Source: a bacterium
GTDB taxonomy: Bacteria > Cyanobacteriota > Vampirovibrionia > Gastranaerophilales > JBAXKC01
Assembly: GCA_037137535.1 (NCBI GenBank)
Contig: JBAXKC010000009.1
Location: 1-64,000, forward strand
Direction of reading: 5' to 3'
Length of the DNA stretch: 64,000 nt
A model generated the notes under the pieces. The model ran no database searches, was not told where the DNA came from, and saw only the letters and a program-made list of their open reading frames with translations. Made by a program: the position numbers and the translations under genes. Shown one piece after another: positions 41,701-50,698 of the stretch. How positions within the stretch are numbered: the stretch's first letter is position 1; each line of letters starts with the position of its first letter.

Positions 41701-42676
41701 TAATTTTAATCATTGCATTTTTTATCATATCAGTTCGCCACAATAAATTATCATGATAAAAATTATCTAATTTAGCAGAGATATTTGATTTTATGGCAAC
41801 AAATAATTTTTCTGCATCGTCCTGCATTTTATTTGGTTTAGTCAATTTAACGGTACGAATATTTTCTATATTTTTAATTTCATCCAATCCTTCGGGATAT
41901 GCGCAAAGGTAGCCACGTCTTGAACCTCCGTTTAAATCAGCAGAAATATAAAATTTTTCTGACTTTAAACGAATTTCACGAATAAAATTTTGAGCAACAT
42001 ATGGGATTTCATCAAAATCATCAACGAAAAGATATTTTATATCTTTAAAATAATCAAAACGTTCTTGAAAAACGCTTGAAAATATTTCGGTTTGTCTTAA
42101 ATAATCAAAATGGCGTAAAACCAATTCCTGTTTTTTTATAGATTTAATGGCTTCTTCAACCTGCTGGGTATGCGTTTCATTAAGTATAGAATTTGCATTA
42201 TTAATTTCATAATCAGATAAATTATTTTGAATAATGAGCGAATATCTTCTTAAAATCTGATGCAATAAATTATGAGAAGAAAGATAATCTCTAAAACTAT
42301 CAGAAACATCTTTGCGTTGATTTATAACGTTAATTATATTTCTCAATAAATATTCTGTAGATTCAAGTCCGCAGAGATTTGGAAAAATTTCACTTTTATC
42401 GTTTAATTTTACAATTTTTTGCTCTATATAAGACCAATTATCAAAAATAAAATTATACACAATGCCGTTAAAAGTTCTTATGTTAAAATTTGCAGACTGG
42501 TTATAACCCAATTTCGACAATTGAGTTAAAACTCGAGAAGTAAAATCATTTTGCTTATGCTTGTTTTGACAAATTACCATAATTTCAGAAGGTGAAATAC
42601 CCGACATAACAATATTACAATATTGTTCTACAAGGTAAGAAGTTTTTCCTGCTCCGAGTTCACCAGTAATTAGCAT
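38702..42676 (-). CDS. Tandem SF1 helicase fusion: degenerate UvrD-like N-half plus intact UvrD/PcrA-like C-half
   Basis: N-half GELGAGKT/VDDFDE; C-half AVPGAGKT, EDEAQD, GDVNQAI, MTVHKAKGLGFD, YVGITRAK. Confidence 0.85.
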   Translation of the reverse strand: MLITGELGAGKTSYLVEQYCNIVMSGISPSEIMVICQNKHKQNDFTSRVLTQLSKLGYNQSANFNIRTFNGIVYNFIFDNWSYIEQKIVKLNDKSEIFPNLCGLESTEYLLRNIINVINQRKDVSDSFRDYLSSHNLLHQILRRYSLIIQNNLSDYEINNANSILNETHTQQVEEAIKSIKKQELVLRHFDYLRQTEIFSSVFQERFDYFKDIKYLFVDDFDEIPYVAQNFIREIRLKSEKFYISADLNGGSRRGYLCAYPEGLDEIKNIENIRTVKLTKPNKMQDDAEKLFVAIKSNISAKLDNFYHDNLLWRTDMIKNAMIKITDLVADGVDFNEIVVVAPDFDICMKYSLQEFFEQNSYNYQFFSGSKKLIDDKIVKSVLIIAQIINKEWYLFPSKSELSELFSFLWNYAVNKADIYQNKRLNSKSLKSLVFGIEELDVKYAEFLSKIEEISEENLDIYSQLGVIFTKIILPIIDENTQLNDFNNLLKSLREFQELIIKLGKELKNEEREWIIQIKSTVVSDNPAVAEEINENAIKIATPQKVVDLELHSNYQIWIDTSSNSWIKDDTGPLYNSWMLRKNCAISDYTPDIHRKLTLEKSAHLLRKLVLCSKEHIYCYSSDYDSTGRENAYGGIVLFLGQIIETAVKDFNFTPREDQKDIIDYKGGMLAVPAVPGAGKTTVMQGLIHKLIKDGTPPEKILVLTYMDSAAENIREKIKSFCGSELPHVSTIHSLALKILKENDNYSRLGLEYDFNICDGDLRPQIINERCGIFLPTGEDLKKWTEMIDKGIIYAKQNGLSVEKIEKSPLAKKNQIISEFLPIYRDYQQFLKSRNMIDFDDVLYLCSNLLKENKEVRAYYQDKFTYVIEDEAQDSSEIQQRILSCICEKHKNLIRCGDVNQAITTTFSNADVEGFKSFINENNKVEMDCSQRCAEGIYTLANELIKFSREDSMFSDAFYEIYMKPVKNSNPVNKDNLCFKTFETSEEEKDYITSKIKKIIKENPNNSVAVLLRNNFQVLSWASLLESNEIPFICKTDSLKQKKVFRFLLSYLKFLAAPHNKDRVVELFNVLTSYKLYKKDFVSLNFLNNLGSPFLAFKTYELPTEELIRFKLDLEYWLYFASLPVEELVIKLGHYYFIDTLDRANMHLFALFVKKFREKETDYQRNITVGLFEIVKYFEELGRKDIRIKYFEEEEENIQGQTCLMTVHKAKGLGFDVVFMPSMHEDGYSYSVSPDKTISSSKHKLTKELDKIMELKTDYADNRIMQCNEHLRLIYVGITRAKRQLYMTSYYKNDGAAWLDEKQPSKILNYFAEYSVLDGWKIND

Positions 42677-42936
42677 AAAATCAAAGTTTAATACCTTTTA
42701 TAATTATCTGAATATAAATACTTATTTATACTAAAACAAAAACAAATTGTTAAAAACTTTTGCTATAACAATCAAACTTAATTTTTGATAATTGAATTTA
42801 AAAAGTGTAATACCCGAGCGATTTGCTTCTTTTATTAAAAATAATAAACTTTTTTTAAAATATATAAGTCCTACTGACAATTTAAACATTTATTTGTTTT
42901 TATATAGATAGTCGTATTAAAAGAAGTAAGTGAATA

Positions 42937-43767
42937 ATGCAAGGAACAATCGAAGATCTTGTCAATATGTGTTACTTTCTAAACGGCGAAAACGGCAAAG
43001 AAAGTAAACATGGCCAGCCCCCGCAAGGCTGGGAAATTGTCGATAAACTTATTGACAATAAATCAGGATTTTTAGGATATACTTTCAAAAAAGATAATAA
43101 CGTTGTTGTTTGTTATAAAGGTACAGATTTTAATAGTGCAGCTGACTGGTTTGGGTCAGATTTATCCTTCTTGCTTGGAAGAAAACCACCTCAATATACT
43201 TTTGCAAAACAACTATATTTAAAAGCAAAAGAAAAGTTTGGCAAAGATAATGAAATAATGGTTTCAGGCACTTCTTTGGGCGGTGGACTGGCTGAATTAT
43301 TGGGAACTGATGTTTGCAAAGACAAAGTAATTACTTTTAATCCTGTCGGTACTCATAGAGTAAATAAAGCTCCTAATAATAATCAGGAAAATTCTCATAT
43401 TTTTAATATTGTTATAAAAACTGATGTAGTTGGAAATTTATTTAAACATCATGGAAACGTTTTATACGTTGATGGACCTGTTCCAATCAATAATAAAAAA
43501 ACTCATCATCATCCGGTCAAACCCCATCATGGTTTAAAAAACAGGCTTGTAGATTCACATTTAGTAGGTAACTTTAAAAACTTTGTTCCTAAAAATATAT
43601 TAAAAACACCAATTGATACTATTAATATATTATTTAATGTTAAAAGGTTAGATATAATTGATAAATCACCTTTTCAATATAATACCTTTCCTCAAAAAAC
43701 AATAATTCAAAAACCTTTAACTAATAATCCATTATTAAATGTTTATCAGTCAGGGCTAAAAGTTTAA
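42937..43767 (+). CDS. Alpha/beta-hydrolase (lipase class 3 / Mbeg1-like)
   Basis: VVCYKGTD, GTSLGGGLA nucleophile elbow, TFNP, DVV, later His. Confidence 0.75.
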   Translation: MQGTIEDLVNMCYFLNGENGKESKHGQPPQGWEIVDKLIDNKSGFLGYTFKKDNNVVVCYKGTDFNSAADWFGSDLSFLLGRKPPQYTFAKQLYLKAKEKFGKDNEIMVSGTSLGGGLAELLGTDVCKDKVITFNPVGTHRVNKAPNNNQENSHIFNIVIKTDVVGNLFKHHGNVLYVDGPVPINNKKTHHHPVKPHHGLKNRLVDSHLVGNFKNFVPKNILKTPIDTINILFNVKRLDIIDKSPFQYNTFPQKTIIQKPLTNNPLLNVYQSGLKV

Positions 43768-43949
43768 TTTTTACTGAATTAATAGGCGATAAGATTAAGA
43801 ACATATTTACTTTATCAATGTTGTAATTATTTTATTGTGTTCTTATTAATATTTTTTTTAAAACTTGAATAACTTTTGTAAACTTTTTCGCATGAATTTA
43901 ATTTCGCATGTTTTTATATATATATGTAAGTTATTAAGTAGGGTAAAAT

Positions 43950-44201
43950 ATGTCGAATTGGCAAAGTAAATTTGAATTTTCTAGTGGAGTTTCAACATCT
44001 CCCGTAAATGAAATAAAAGGCATTTCTACTCAAGAAATTAAAAGTCTTAAAAATCGAATTGTGTTTTATATTGAACATTATTCTATTATCGTAAAAAAAT
44101 TACCGACAAAAGACACCACCTCAAAGATTGATAAACTTAAAGCAGTTCTTATATTGATTGAAAATGAAATTATAAGAAGAGCAAACAGTTTAAATATTTA
44201 A
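43950..44201 (+). CDS. Hypothetical protein
   Basis: 83-aa ORF with RBS-like AGGGT, followed by a terminator. Confidence 0.6.
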   Translation: MSNWQSKFEFSSGVSTSPVNEIKGISTQEIKSLKNRIVFYIEHYSIIVKKLPTKDTTSKIDKLKAVLILIENEIIRRANSLNI

Positions 44202-44219
44202 TCAATATTTTTTTCATGA

Positions 44220-44252
44220 AAAAATAGCCGTACAATTAAGTACGGCTATTTT
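44220..44252. terminator. Bidirectional terminator
   Basis: aaaatagccgtac-aattaa-gtacggctatttt. Confidence 0.8.
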
Positions 44253-44277
44253 AAAAGAATTTATTTAAAGAAAATTC

Positions 44278-45477
44278 TTATTTTTCGTCTAAAGCAGCAA
44301 CACCCGGAAGAACTTTTCCTTCGATGAACTCAAGACTAGCTCCGCCGCCTGTGCTTACATGTGAGTAAGATGCAGGATCAATTTTGAATTTTTCAATTGA
44401 CGCAACTGTATCGCCACCGCCAAGAACGCTTATTGCTCCGCCTTTTGTAGCTTCTGCAACGTTTCTTGCAATTGATTCTGTTCCGCCTTGGAATTTATCT
44501 AATTCAAATACGCCAACAGGTCCGTTCCATAGAATGGTTTTTGCGCCAAGAATAATTGATCTGATTTCTTCTCTTGTATCAGGACCAATATCAAGACCTT
44601 CCCATCCATCAGGAATTTCATTTGAAGGAACGATTTGAGTGTTGGCATCATTACTGAAACCATCAGCTGCAACAACGTCTTTAGCGTAAATAAGTCCGAC
44701 ATTTTTTTCTTTAGCTGTTTTTAGTAACTCAAGAGCAAACTCAAGTTTATCATCTTCAACGATTGAATTACCAATTTTTCCACCTTGCGCTTTAACGAAA
44801 GTATAGGTCATTCCGCCGCCAAGAATAATGGTATCACATTTATTAATAAGGTTTTCAAGTACACCAATTTTTGTGCTTACTTTACTTCCGCCTACGATTG
44901 CTACGAATGGACGCTCAGGAGCTTCAAGAAGTTTTCCAAGCATTGATATCTCTTTTTCCATTAATAAGCCTGAAACTGACGGAGAAAGGAATTTAGTAAC
45001 TCCTTCAGTTGAAGCGTGAGCTCTGTGAGCAGCACCGAAAGCATCATTCACATAGAAATCAGCAAGTGAAGCTAATTTTTCAGCAAATCCTGCATCATTT
45101 TTTTCTTCTTCAGCATAAAATCTGATGTTCTCAAGAAGAGCAACTTCGCCATCTTTAAGAGTAGCAAGTTGAGCTTTCACTTCATCACCAATGCAATCAT
45201 CAAGTTTTAAAACAGGAACGTTTAAAAGCTCGGAAAGTCTTTTAGCAACAGGTCCAAGTCTTAAACTATCTTTAAATTGACCTTTTGGTCTTCCAAGGTG
45301 TGAAGTTAAAATAACTTTTGCGCCTTTTTCCATTAAATATTTAACAGTAGGTAGAGCAGCTCTAATTCTTGTGTCATCAGTTACGTTTTGATTTTCATCA
45401 AGAGGTACATTGAAATCAACTCTTACAAGAGCTTTTTTACCTTGAATATCTTTTAAATCAGCTACGGTCTTTTTCAT
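44278..45477 (-). CDS. pgk: Phosphoglycerate kinase
   Basis: [39 protein letters not shown]. Confidence 0.97.
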   Translation of the reverse strand: MKKTVADLKDIQGKKALVRVDFNVPLDENQNVTDDTRIRAALPTVKYLMEKGAKVILTSHLGRPKGQFKDSLRLGPVAKRLSELLNVPVLKLDDCIGDEVKAQLATLKDGEVALLENIRFYAEEEKNDAGFAEKLASLADFYVNDAFGAAHRAHASTEGVTKFLSPSVSGLLMEKEISMLGKLLEAPERPFVAIVGGSKVSTKIGVLENLINKCDTIILGGGMTYTFVKAQGGKIGNSIVEDDKLEFALELLKTAKEKNVGLIYAKDVVAADGFSNDANTQIVPSNEIPDGWEGLDIGPDTREEIRSIILGAKTILWNGPVGVFELDKFQGGTESIARNVAEATKGGAISVLGGGDTVASIEKFKIDPASYSHVSTGGGASLEFIEGKVLPGVAALDEK

Positions 45478-45609
45478 GCTGTTTTTTCCTCATAATAATA
45501 TGAACATGTTTAATTTTATTCGCTAAAGGTTTTATTACAAGCACTATTCCTATTGTCCGTCAGTAAAAAGGTTTTTTCTTATTCTTTAATAAGTATTTTA
45601 TTATAAATA

Positions 45610-46494
45610 CTAAATCTCCTTATCAGGCATTTTCAGCATAACAACACCATTCATAATAACCATTTCATCTTTATTCAAATAAGGAATTCCAGTTGAACTC
45701 CCGTAAAGACCTTTAGCTTCATCTGTTAAAACAGGTTCCGCTTCTTTTTCAGTAATAAGTTTTCCATTATTAAGTTTGGAAAAATCCAAAAATAAATTTT
45801 CTGATTTTTTATTGTAAGGGTCATGAATAATTATATTATTAGGATTATAATTTTGCCCATTAAAACCATATCCAACAGCAGTTACCCAGTGTCCGTACTG
45901 CTTAGTATAAACAGGAGTACCATCAACCGAAAGATTTTTTTTATAAATCCCTAAATTAAGTAAAACCATACCTTTAGCTTCTATTGAATCCTTTATCTTT
46001 GCTAGATCAGGACACATAGCCACAACCCCATATTTGCCGCCTGGTCTGATTCCTTGATATTCTATTTTATATCCTCTATAACCTTTATCAGAAATAAACT
46101 TATCTAGTCCTTCGCATAAATCTTTAGTTGACGTACCAATTGGGGCTGGCTTAGTCTTAAAATAACAAGCAAGTTCATTAATTAAAGCAGATTTATTCTT
46201 ACTATATAATTTTTTATAACCGTTATTACTTAACCAAACTATTGCATTAGCTGCACAATAAGGTCCACAATGAGATTCTGAATGTTCTTTATTTTGCCAC
46301 TGTTTAAAATTAGGGATTTTACTAAGTCGCTCTACAAAAAATAATTTACTTTTAAAGTTAATTACATCGTTATGCAATGATGGCTTTAACTTTAAAGACG
46401 AACTATTCACATTATTAATAGAGCATTGAGGGTTTATTTTTATGATTGTTCTATTAGATTTTATTCCTAAATATTGATTTAGAGAGTTTAACAT
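45610..46494 (-). CDS. Papain-like (C39-like) cysteine peptidase domain protein
   Basis: Q..HCGPYCAAN, GHWVTAVGYG, IIHDP (Cys-His-Asp). Confidence 0.75.
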   Translation of the reverse strand: MLNSLNQYLGIKSNRTIIKINPQCSINNVNSSSLKLKPSLHNDVINFKSKLFFVERLSKIPNFKQWQNKEHSESHCGPYCAANAIVWLSNNGYKKLYSKNKSALINELACYFKTKPAPIGTSTKDLCEGLDKFISDKGYRGYKIEYQGIRPGGKYGVVAMCPDLAKIKDSIEAKGMVLLNLGIYKKNLSVDGTPVYTKQYGHWVTAVGYGFNGQNYNPNNIIIHDPYNKKSENLFLDFSKLNNGKLITEKEAEPVLTDEAKGLYGSSTGIPYLNKDEMVIMNGVVMLKMPDKEI

Positions 46495-46588
46495 TTAAAT
46501 AATTCCTAAAAGCAGTCTAATAAATTTAAGTATTAATCTATTTAATTATTGCTTAAAAATTTTCTTGATTATTAATTTTCCAAACTAA

Positions 46589-46980
46589 AATGAGATTCAT
46601 GCTAGTTTAGAACCAACTAAATTCAAATTACTTCTTTTTAAAGAAAGTCTACTTAATGACGATAGATTCGGCTTTAATTTCCATTTACATGATAAAAAAA
46701 ACGTCAACTCGCAAGAGCAGGACTAAAAGTAAATTGTTTAAAAAAAATTTAAAATATAGTTCACTCGATAATAGAGAGTGATAAATGTGTTTTTGGAACA
46801 TGTGAAAAAATATTTAATGCAATTATTGGTAACGGTTATAATTTTAAAGTTAATAATGAAAAACAAACTGTTTTAAAAATTAATACTGATAGTTTGTTCT
46901 CTAATAATAATTTAATGGAAGCAACTATAAAACGTGATAATCAAATTTTAGCCGAAACCTCAATTAAGAATACTAGATAA
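46589..46980 (+). pseudogene. Probable degraded gene (one frameshift, one in-frame stop)
   Basis: NEIHASLEPTK..HLHDKK, frameshift in the A8 tract 46694-46701, RQLARAGLKVNCLKKI*(46750) then open to TAA 46980. Confidence 0.4.
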
Positions 46981-47093
46981 AAAATATGTAAAGTCTACAG
47001 CTAATTTTCTAAAAAAGCTTTTAAACCTATGTATGAAAAGCTAAGTTTGTAATTGAGCTAGTATTTTAACTTTTAAATCATTGTATTAATAAT

Positions 47094-47127
47094 GAAAAAA
47101 ACGGCCAACAATTTGACCGTTTTTTCA
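47094..47127 (-). terminator. Terminator of the radical SAM operon
   Basis: gaaaaaaacgg ... ccgttttttc hairpin just after the stop at 47134. Confidence 0.7.
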
Positions 47128-47133
47128 CATTTA

Positions 47134-48243
47134 TTAACACAAAGCTAATTCTTTCTCTTGAGCCGTCATCTTTCGCCTTCTTATCAAATCAACAAAAGCC
47201 TCGAGTCTTGTTACAAAACCTGCTTTACCCATCTGCTCATCAAGAACTAAGGATAAAATAGGAATATCACGCTCACTTCTGACATTTGGCATAATGTTCT
47301 GCGACATTATTTCAGGCATGCAGGTAAAAGGTAAAAGGTGAACTACCCCATCCCTGTTGTCTTCAGAAGCACTTACCGCATCACCGATAGATTCAATTGA
47401 ATCACCGCCAATATCTCTTTTCAAAAAGGATTTAGCAAATCTTTCAGCAATTTCGCCATGTGTTTCTTCTCTTAAAAAAGAAGGGAAGAGAAAAGAATTT
47501 ATCCATTCACCTAAGTTGACTTTTCTATGGACGTGAACGCCTAATTTCCCGAGTTCTTTTTCTACTTCCATATTAGAAAATTGATCAAGAACTACAAAAA
47601 ATTCACCAGTTAAATCAACATGCAAAACTTCTCTTTTTTCATCAATCGGAGTAGTTTTAATTTCAGCAAGACCAAATTCAAGAGCCTTTTTGCACTGTTT
47701 ATAGGTAAGGGCTTCATCAATTTTCTTCAATGCTCGATTATAACGAATATCGGCCGAACCTGTTTTAATTTCTCTAGCTCTATAATAAGCCAAAGCTGCA
47801 TCAAACTTGTCCATAACCTTAACTTTTGTTATAGCAATATTTATTGAGCGAATTAAATCAAATGGATTACCATTACCGGTTGCTCTTTTGAATTTGGTAA
47901 ACATTTCCTTTAATTTACCTTTATACAAATCCAGATTAATGAATTCGACTTCATAACCTAAATCTGTCAAAGCACTTCTAGCACCATCACTATATTGTCC
48001 AAGCCTACATATACCAGGACTGTCAATCATCATAATTGCTTCAGCACCGTTTTCAATAGCTTCAATATAGTTGCCGAGAACAAGTTTATAAGGCAAGCAT
48101 ATCGCTTCAGGACTATTTCTTGTTCCCAGAGATAGAGTTCTTTTATTTGTATATGGCGGAACTACTAAATCTGCGCCCAGTACCCTCATCGCTCCCGAAA
48201 GAGCAATATGCAGGTTTCCCATATGAGGAAATGATACTTTCAT
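47134..48243 (-). CDS. 2-hydroxyacyl-CoA dehydratase / CoA-activase-associated subunit (paralog B)
   Basis: VSFPHMGN, ICLPYKLVLGNY, GICRLGQY, PFTCMPE, DEQMGKAGFVTRLEAF; start set at MKVSF. Confidence 0.8.
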   Translation of the reverse strand: MKVSFPHMGNLHIALSGAMRVLGADLVVPPYTNKRTLSLGTRNSPEAICLPYKLVLGNYIEAIENGAEAIMMIDSPGICRLGQYSDGARSALTDLGYEVEFINLDLYKGKLKEMFTKFKRATGNGNPFDLIRSINIAITKVKVMDKFDAALAYYRAREIKTGSADIRYNRALKKIDEALTYKQCKKALEFGLAEIKTTPIDEKREVLHVDLTGEFFVVLDQFSNMEVEKELGKLGVHVHRKVNLGEWINSFLFPSFLREETHGEIAERFAKSFLKRDIGGDSIESIGDAVSASEDNRDGVVHLLPFTCMPEIMSQNIMPNVRSERDIPILSLVLDEQMGKAGFVTRLEAFVDLIRRRKMTAQEKELALC

Positions 48244-48273
48244 AGTTACCTCGATTGACAAATCATAGCTAAA

Positions 48274-49329
48274 TTAAACTTTTTCATAATTCTCGCTAAA
48301 TTCGTTTCCGTGAACATTAAGATCCATGATCTTATCTAGTTTTTCAACAATTGTTGAACGTTTCTTTCTGTGTAACATATCTGTAAACGCTTCAATTCTT
48401 GTTACAAAGCCAGCTTCTCCTGTATGCTCATCAATTGTAAGGTTAAGAAGAGGCTTTTTAAGTCTTTTTGCATAACGTGTCATACGCTCAACCATTAAGG
48501 AATCAGGTCCACAACCAAATGCGGTTATTGTAATAAGACCATCTATATTATTATCTTTTAAGAAATGACCCGCTGCGCCAGTCATTTCATATTCATTAGC
48601 CCAGTATAAATTTGTTTCAAGGTTATTTATACCTGCTGCCATTTGTTCGAGAGTAAGATTTTCAGGAACAAACGCTTTAACATTATATTGTTTAAGTTTT
48701 TCAAGAACTTTCATACTTACCTGTTCGTCATAAAGGTTATAGCCATGAGCTACAATACCGATATTAGTAACATAGTCTGTTTCTTCCTGATCAAACTCAA
48801 CAGTTCCTTCAACAGCACGTTTCATAGCAACTCTAGGATCAACACCGCCTCTGGTCATTAGATTGTAGTTATTCATACATTCCCAACCTGCTTTTGATGC
48901 TTTTTTGATAAGTTTTTTATCGGTAATTCCAAGAGGAGCAACTGATTCATAAAGATATTGGTATAATCCTTGATTTTTTTCTGATTTATCAAGAGTAGGC
49001 TCAATAAGCATAAAATCTTTTTTAACTACATTTCTGATTAAATCCGGTAATCCTCTGAGTTTGGAACAGTTATATACTTTTGGTGCTATTGATTGAATAC
49101 TTGGTGAGTAAATCACGTCAACACCTTTTGATAAAAGATCTAAAACATGTCCTACATATACTTTTACAGGAAGACAAGTTTCTGAAACGACTAATGCACT
49201 ACCATTTCCAACCAATTTTTTTGTAGTTTTAGCTGATAATACAACTTCCATTCCAAGTTCATTAAAGAAACCGTGCCAAAACGGATAATATGAATAATAG
49301 CCTAACGCTCTAGGTATACCAATTTTCAT
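48274..49329 (-). CDS. DUF2229 / acyl-CoA dehydratase activase-related protein
   Basis: MKIGIPRAL, ETCLPVKVYVGHV, CSKLRGLPD, FGCGPDS, DEHTGEAGFVTRIEAF. Confidence 0.85.
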   Translation of the reverse strand: MKIGIPRALGYYSYYPFWHGFFNELGMEVVLSAKTTKKLVGNGSALVVSETCLPVKVYVGHVLDLLSKGVDVIYSPSIQSIAPKVYNCSKLRGLPDLIRNVVKKDFMLIEPTLDKSEKNQGLYQYLYESVAPLGITDKKLIKKASKAGWECMNNYNLMTRGGVDPRVAMKRAVEGTVEFDQEETDYVTNIGIVAHGYNLYDEQVSMKVLEKLKQYNVKAFVPENLTLEQMAAGINNLETNLYWANEYEMTGAAGHFLKDNNIDGLITITAFGCGPDSLMVERMTRYAKRLKKPLLNLTIDEHTGEAGFVTRIEAFTDMLHRKKRSTIVEKLDKIMDLNVHGNEFSENYEKV

Positions 49330-49352
49330 AGATGTTTACTCCTTCTCAAAGT

Positions 49353-50477
49353 TTAGATTGCTACTGCTGATCTTTTTCTTCGTCTTATAAGATCAACGAA
49401 TGCCTCAAGTCTGGTTACTAGTCCTGCTCTACCGGTTTGTTCATCCATAGAAAGAGAAATAACCGGAATACTTTCATTTTTACTTACATGTGGAAGTATA
49501 TTTTGACTTACTACTTCAGGGTTACAATTGAAAGGACCAATATGAACAACACCGTCAATGCCTATTCTTGAAGCATGTACCGTATCGCCGATTGATTCTA
49601 CACAATCACCGCCAATTGCTCTGGTCATATAAGTTCCTGAATATCTCATAGCTTTTTGTCTATGAGATTCTTTTTTATGTAACCACTTAGGTAGCAAAAT
49701 GTTATTAGTCCAATCTGAAAGCATTACTTGCCTTTCAACTTCAACTCCGAGATAACCGAGTTCTTTTTCTATCTCCATATTTGTAAACGGATCTAAAAGA
49801 ACAAAGAATTCCCCGGTTAGGTAGACTTTAATAATCTCCCTGTCCTTGTCTATAGGAATCTGTTGAAATGCTTTAAGTGCTTTTTCTGTAGCTTGTTTAA
49901 CCGTTCTTACCCTGTTAGCGTTCTCAATTTCTTTTAACGCTCTTTTATAAACTTTTTCAGAATCACCTTGTTTAATTTCTCTGGGGCGATAATGAAATAA
50001 GGCTCTTTCAACTGTATCCATAGCATCAAATTTGCTATGACCAAGCCTAAAGCCTTTAATTGCTTTTATAAAACTTTTGCAACCTGTTGCATAACTGAAT
50101 TTTTTAATAATTTCAGAAATTTTACCTTTATAAAGGTTAAATACTACCATTTCGCAGTCATAGCCAAGCTCTTTAAGCTTAGCATCAGCTAAAGCAGCAT
50201 AGTTACCTAATCTGCAACTTCCCGGAGCTTCAAACATTATTAAAGTGTTTGCCCCGGATTCAATAGCTTGAATATAGTTACCTAAGTTTAATTTATATGG
50301 TAAACAAACAGTTTCAACGCTGTGTCTTGTTCCAATTGACAATGTTTCTCTATTGTTTGGATCAGACAATTGGATTTTAGCACCCATTGTCTGGAACATT
50401 GCCACTACGGGAATATGCGCATTTCCCATTCTAGGGAAAGAAACTACTCTTTCTTTTTCTTTAGTATTTTTACTCAT
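49353..50477 (-). CDS. 2-hydroxyacyl-CoA dehydratase / CoA-activase-associated subunit (paralog A)
   Basis: VSFPRMGN, VCLPYKLNLGNY, GSCRLGNY, PFNCNPE, DEQTGRAGLVTRLEAF. Confidence 0.8.
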   Translation of the reverse strand: MSKNTKEKERVVSFPRMGNAHIPVVAMFQTMGAKIQLSDPNNRETLSIGTRHSVETVCLPYKLNLGNYIQAIESGANTLIMFEAPGSCRLGNYAALADAKLKELGYDCEMVVFNLYKGKISEIIKKFSYATGCKSFIKAIKGFRLGHSKFDAMDTVERALFHYRPREIKQGDSEKVYKRALKEIENANRVRTVKQATEKALKAFQQIPIDKDREIIKVYLTGEFFVLLDPFTNMEIEKELGYLGVEVERQVMLSDWTNNILLPKWLHKKESHRQKAMRYSGTYMTRAIGGDCVESIGDTVHASRIGIDGVVHIGPFNCNPEVVSQNILPHVSKNESIPVISLSMDEQTGRAGLVTRLEAFVDLIRRRKRSAVAI

Positions 50478-50479
50478 AG

Positions 50480-50686
50480 TTAATTTGCTCTCAGCTCCAA
50501 GTATTCTTTTGGTCCGCCATTTATTGCCTTTTCAGGACAAATTCTCCAACAGGTTTGACAATCTACACATTCATTTGCATTAATTTGTAATTTTGCTGAT
50601 TCCAGAACTGTAATTGCATCTACAGGACATTTGGAGACACATATTTTGCAACTTATGCAAGTATTTTGATCTATCTGATGAGGCAT
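50480..50686 (-). CDS. 2[4Fe-4S] ferredoxin
   Basis: CISCKICVSKCP and CVDCQTCWRICP. Confidence 0.92.
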   Translation of the reverse strand: MPHQIDQNTCISCKICVSKCPVDAITVLESAKLQINANECVDCQTCWRICPEKAINGGPKEYLELRAN

Positions 50687-50698
50687 TTCTTTAGCTCC

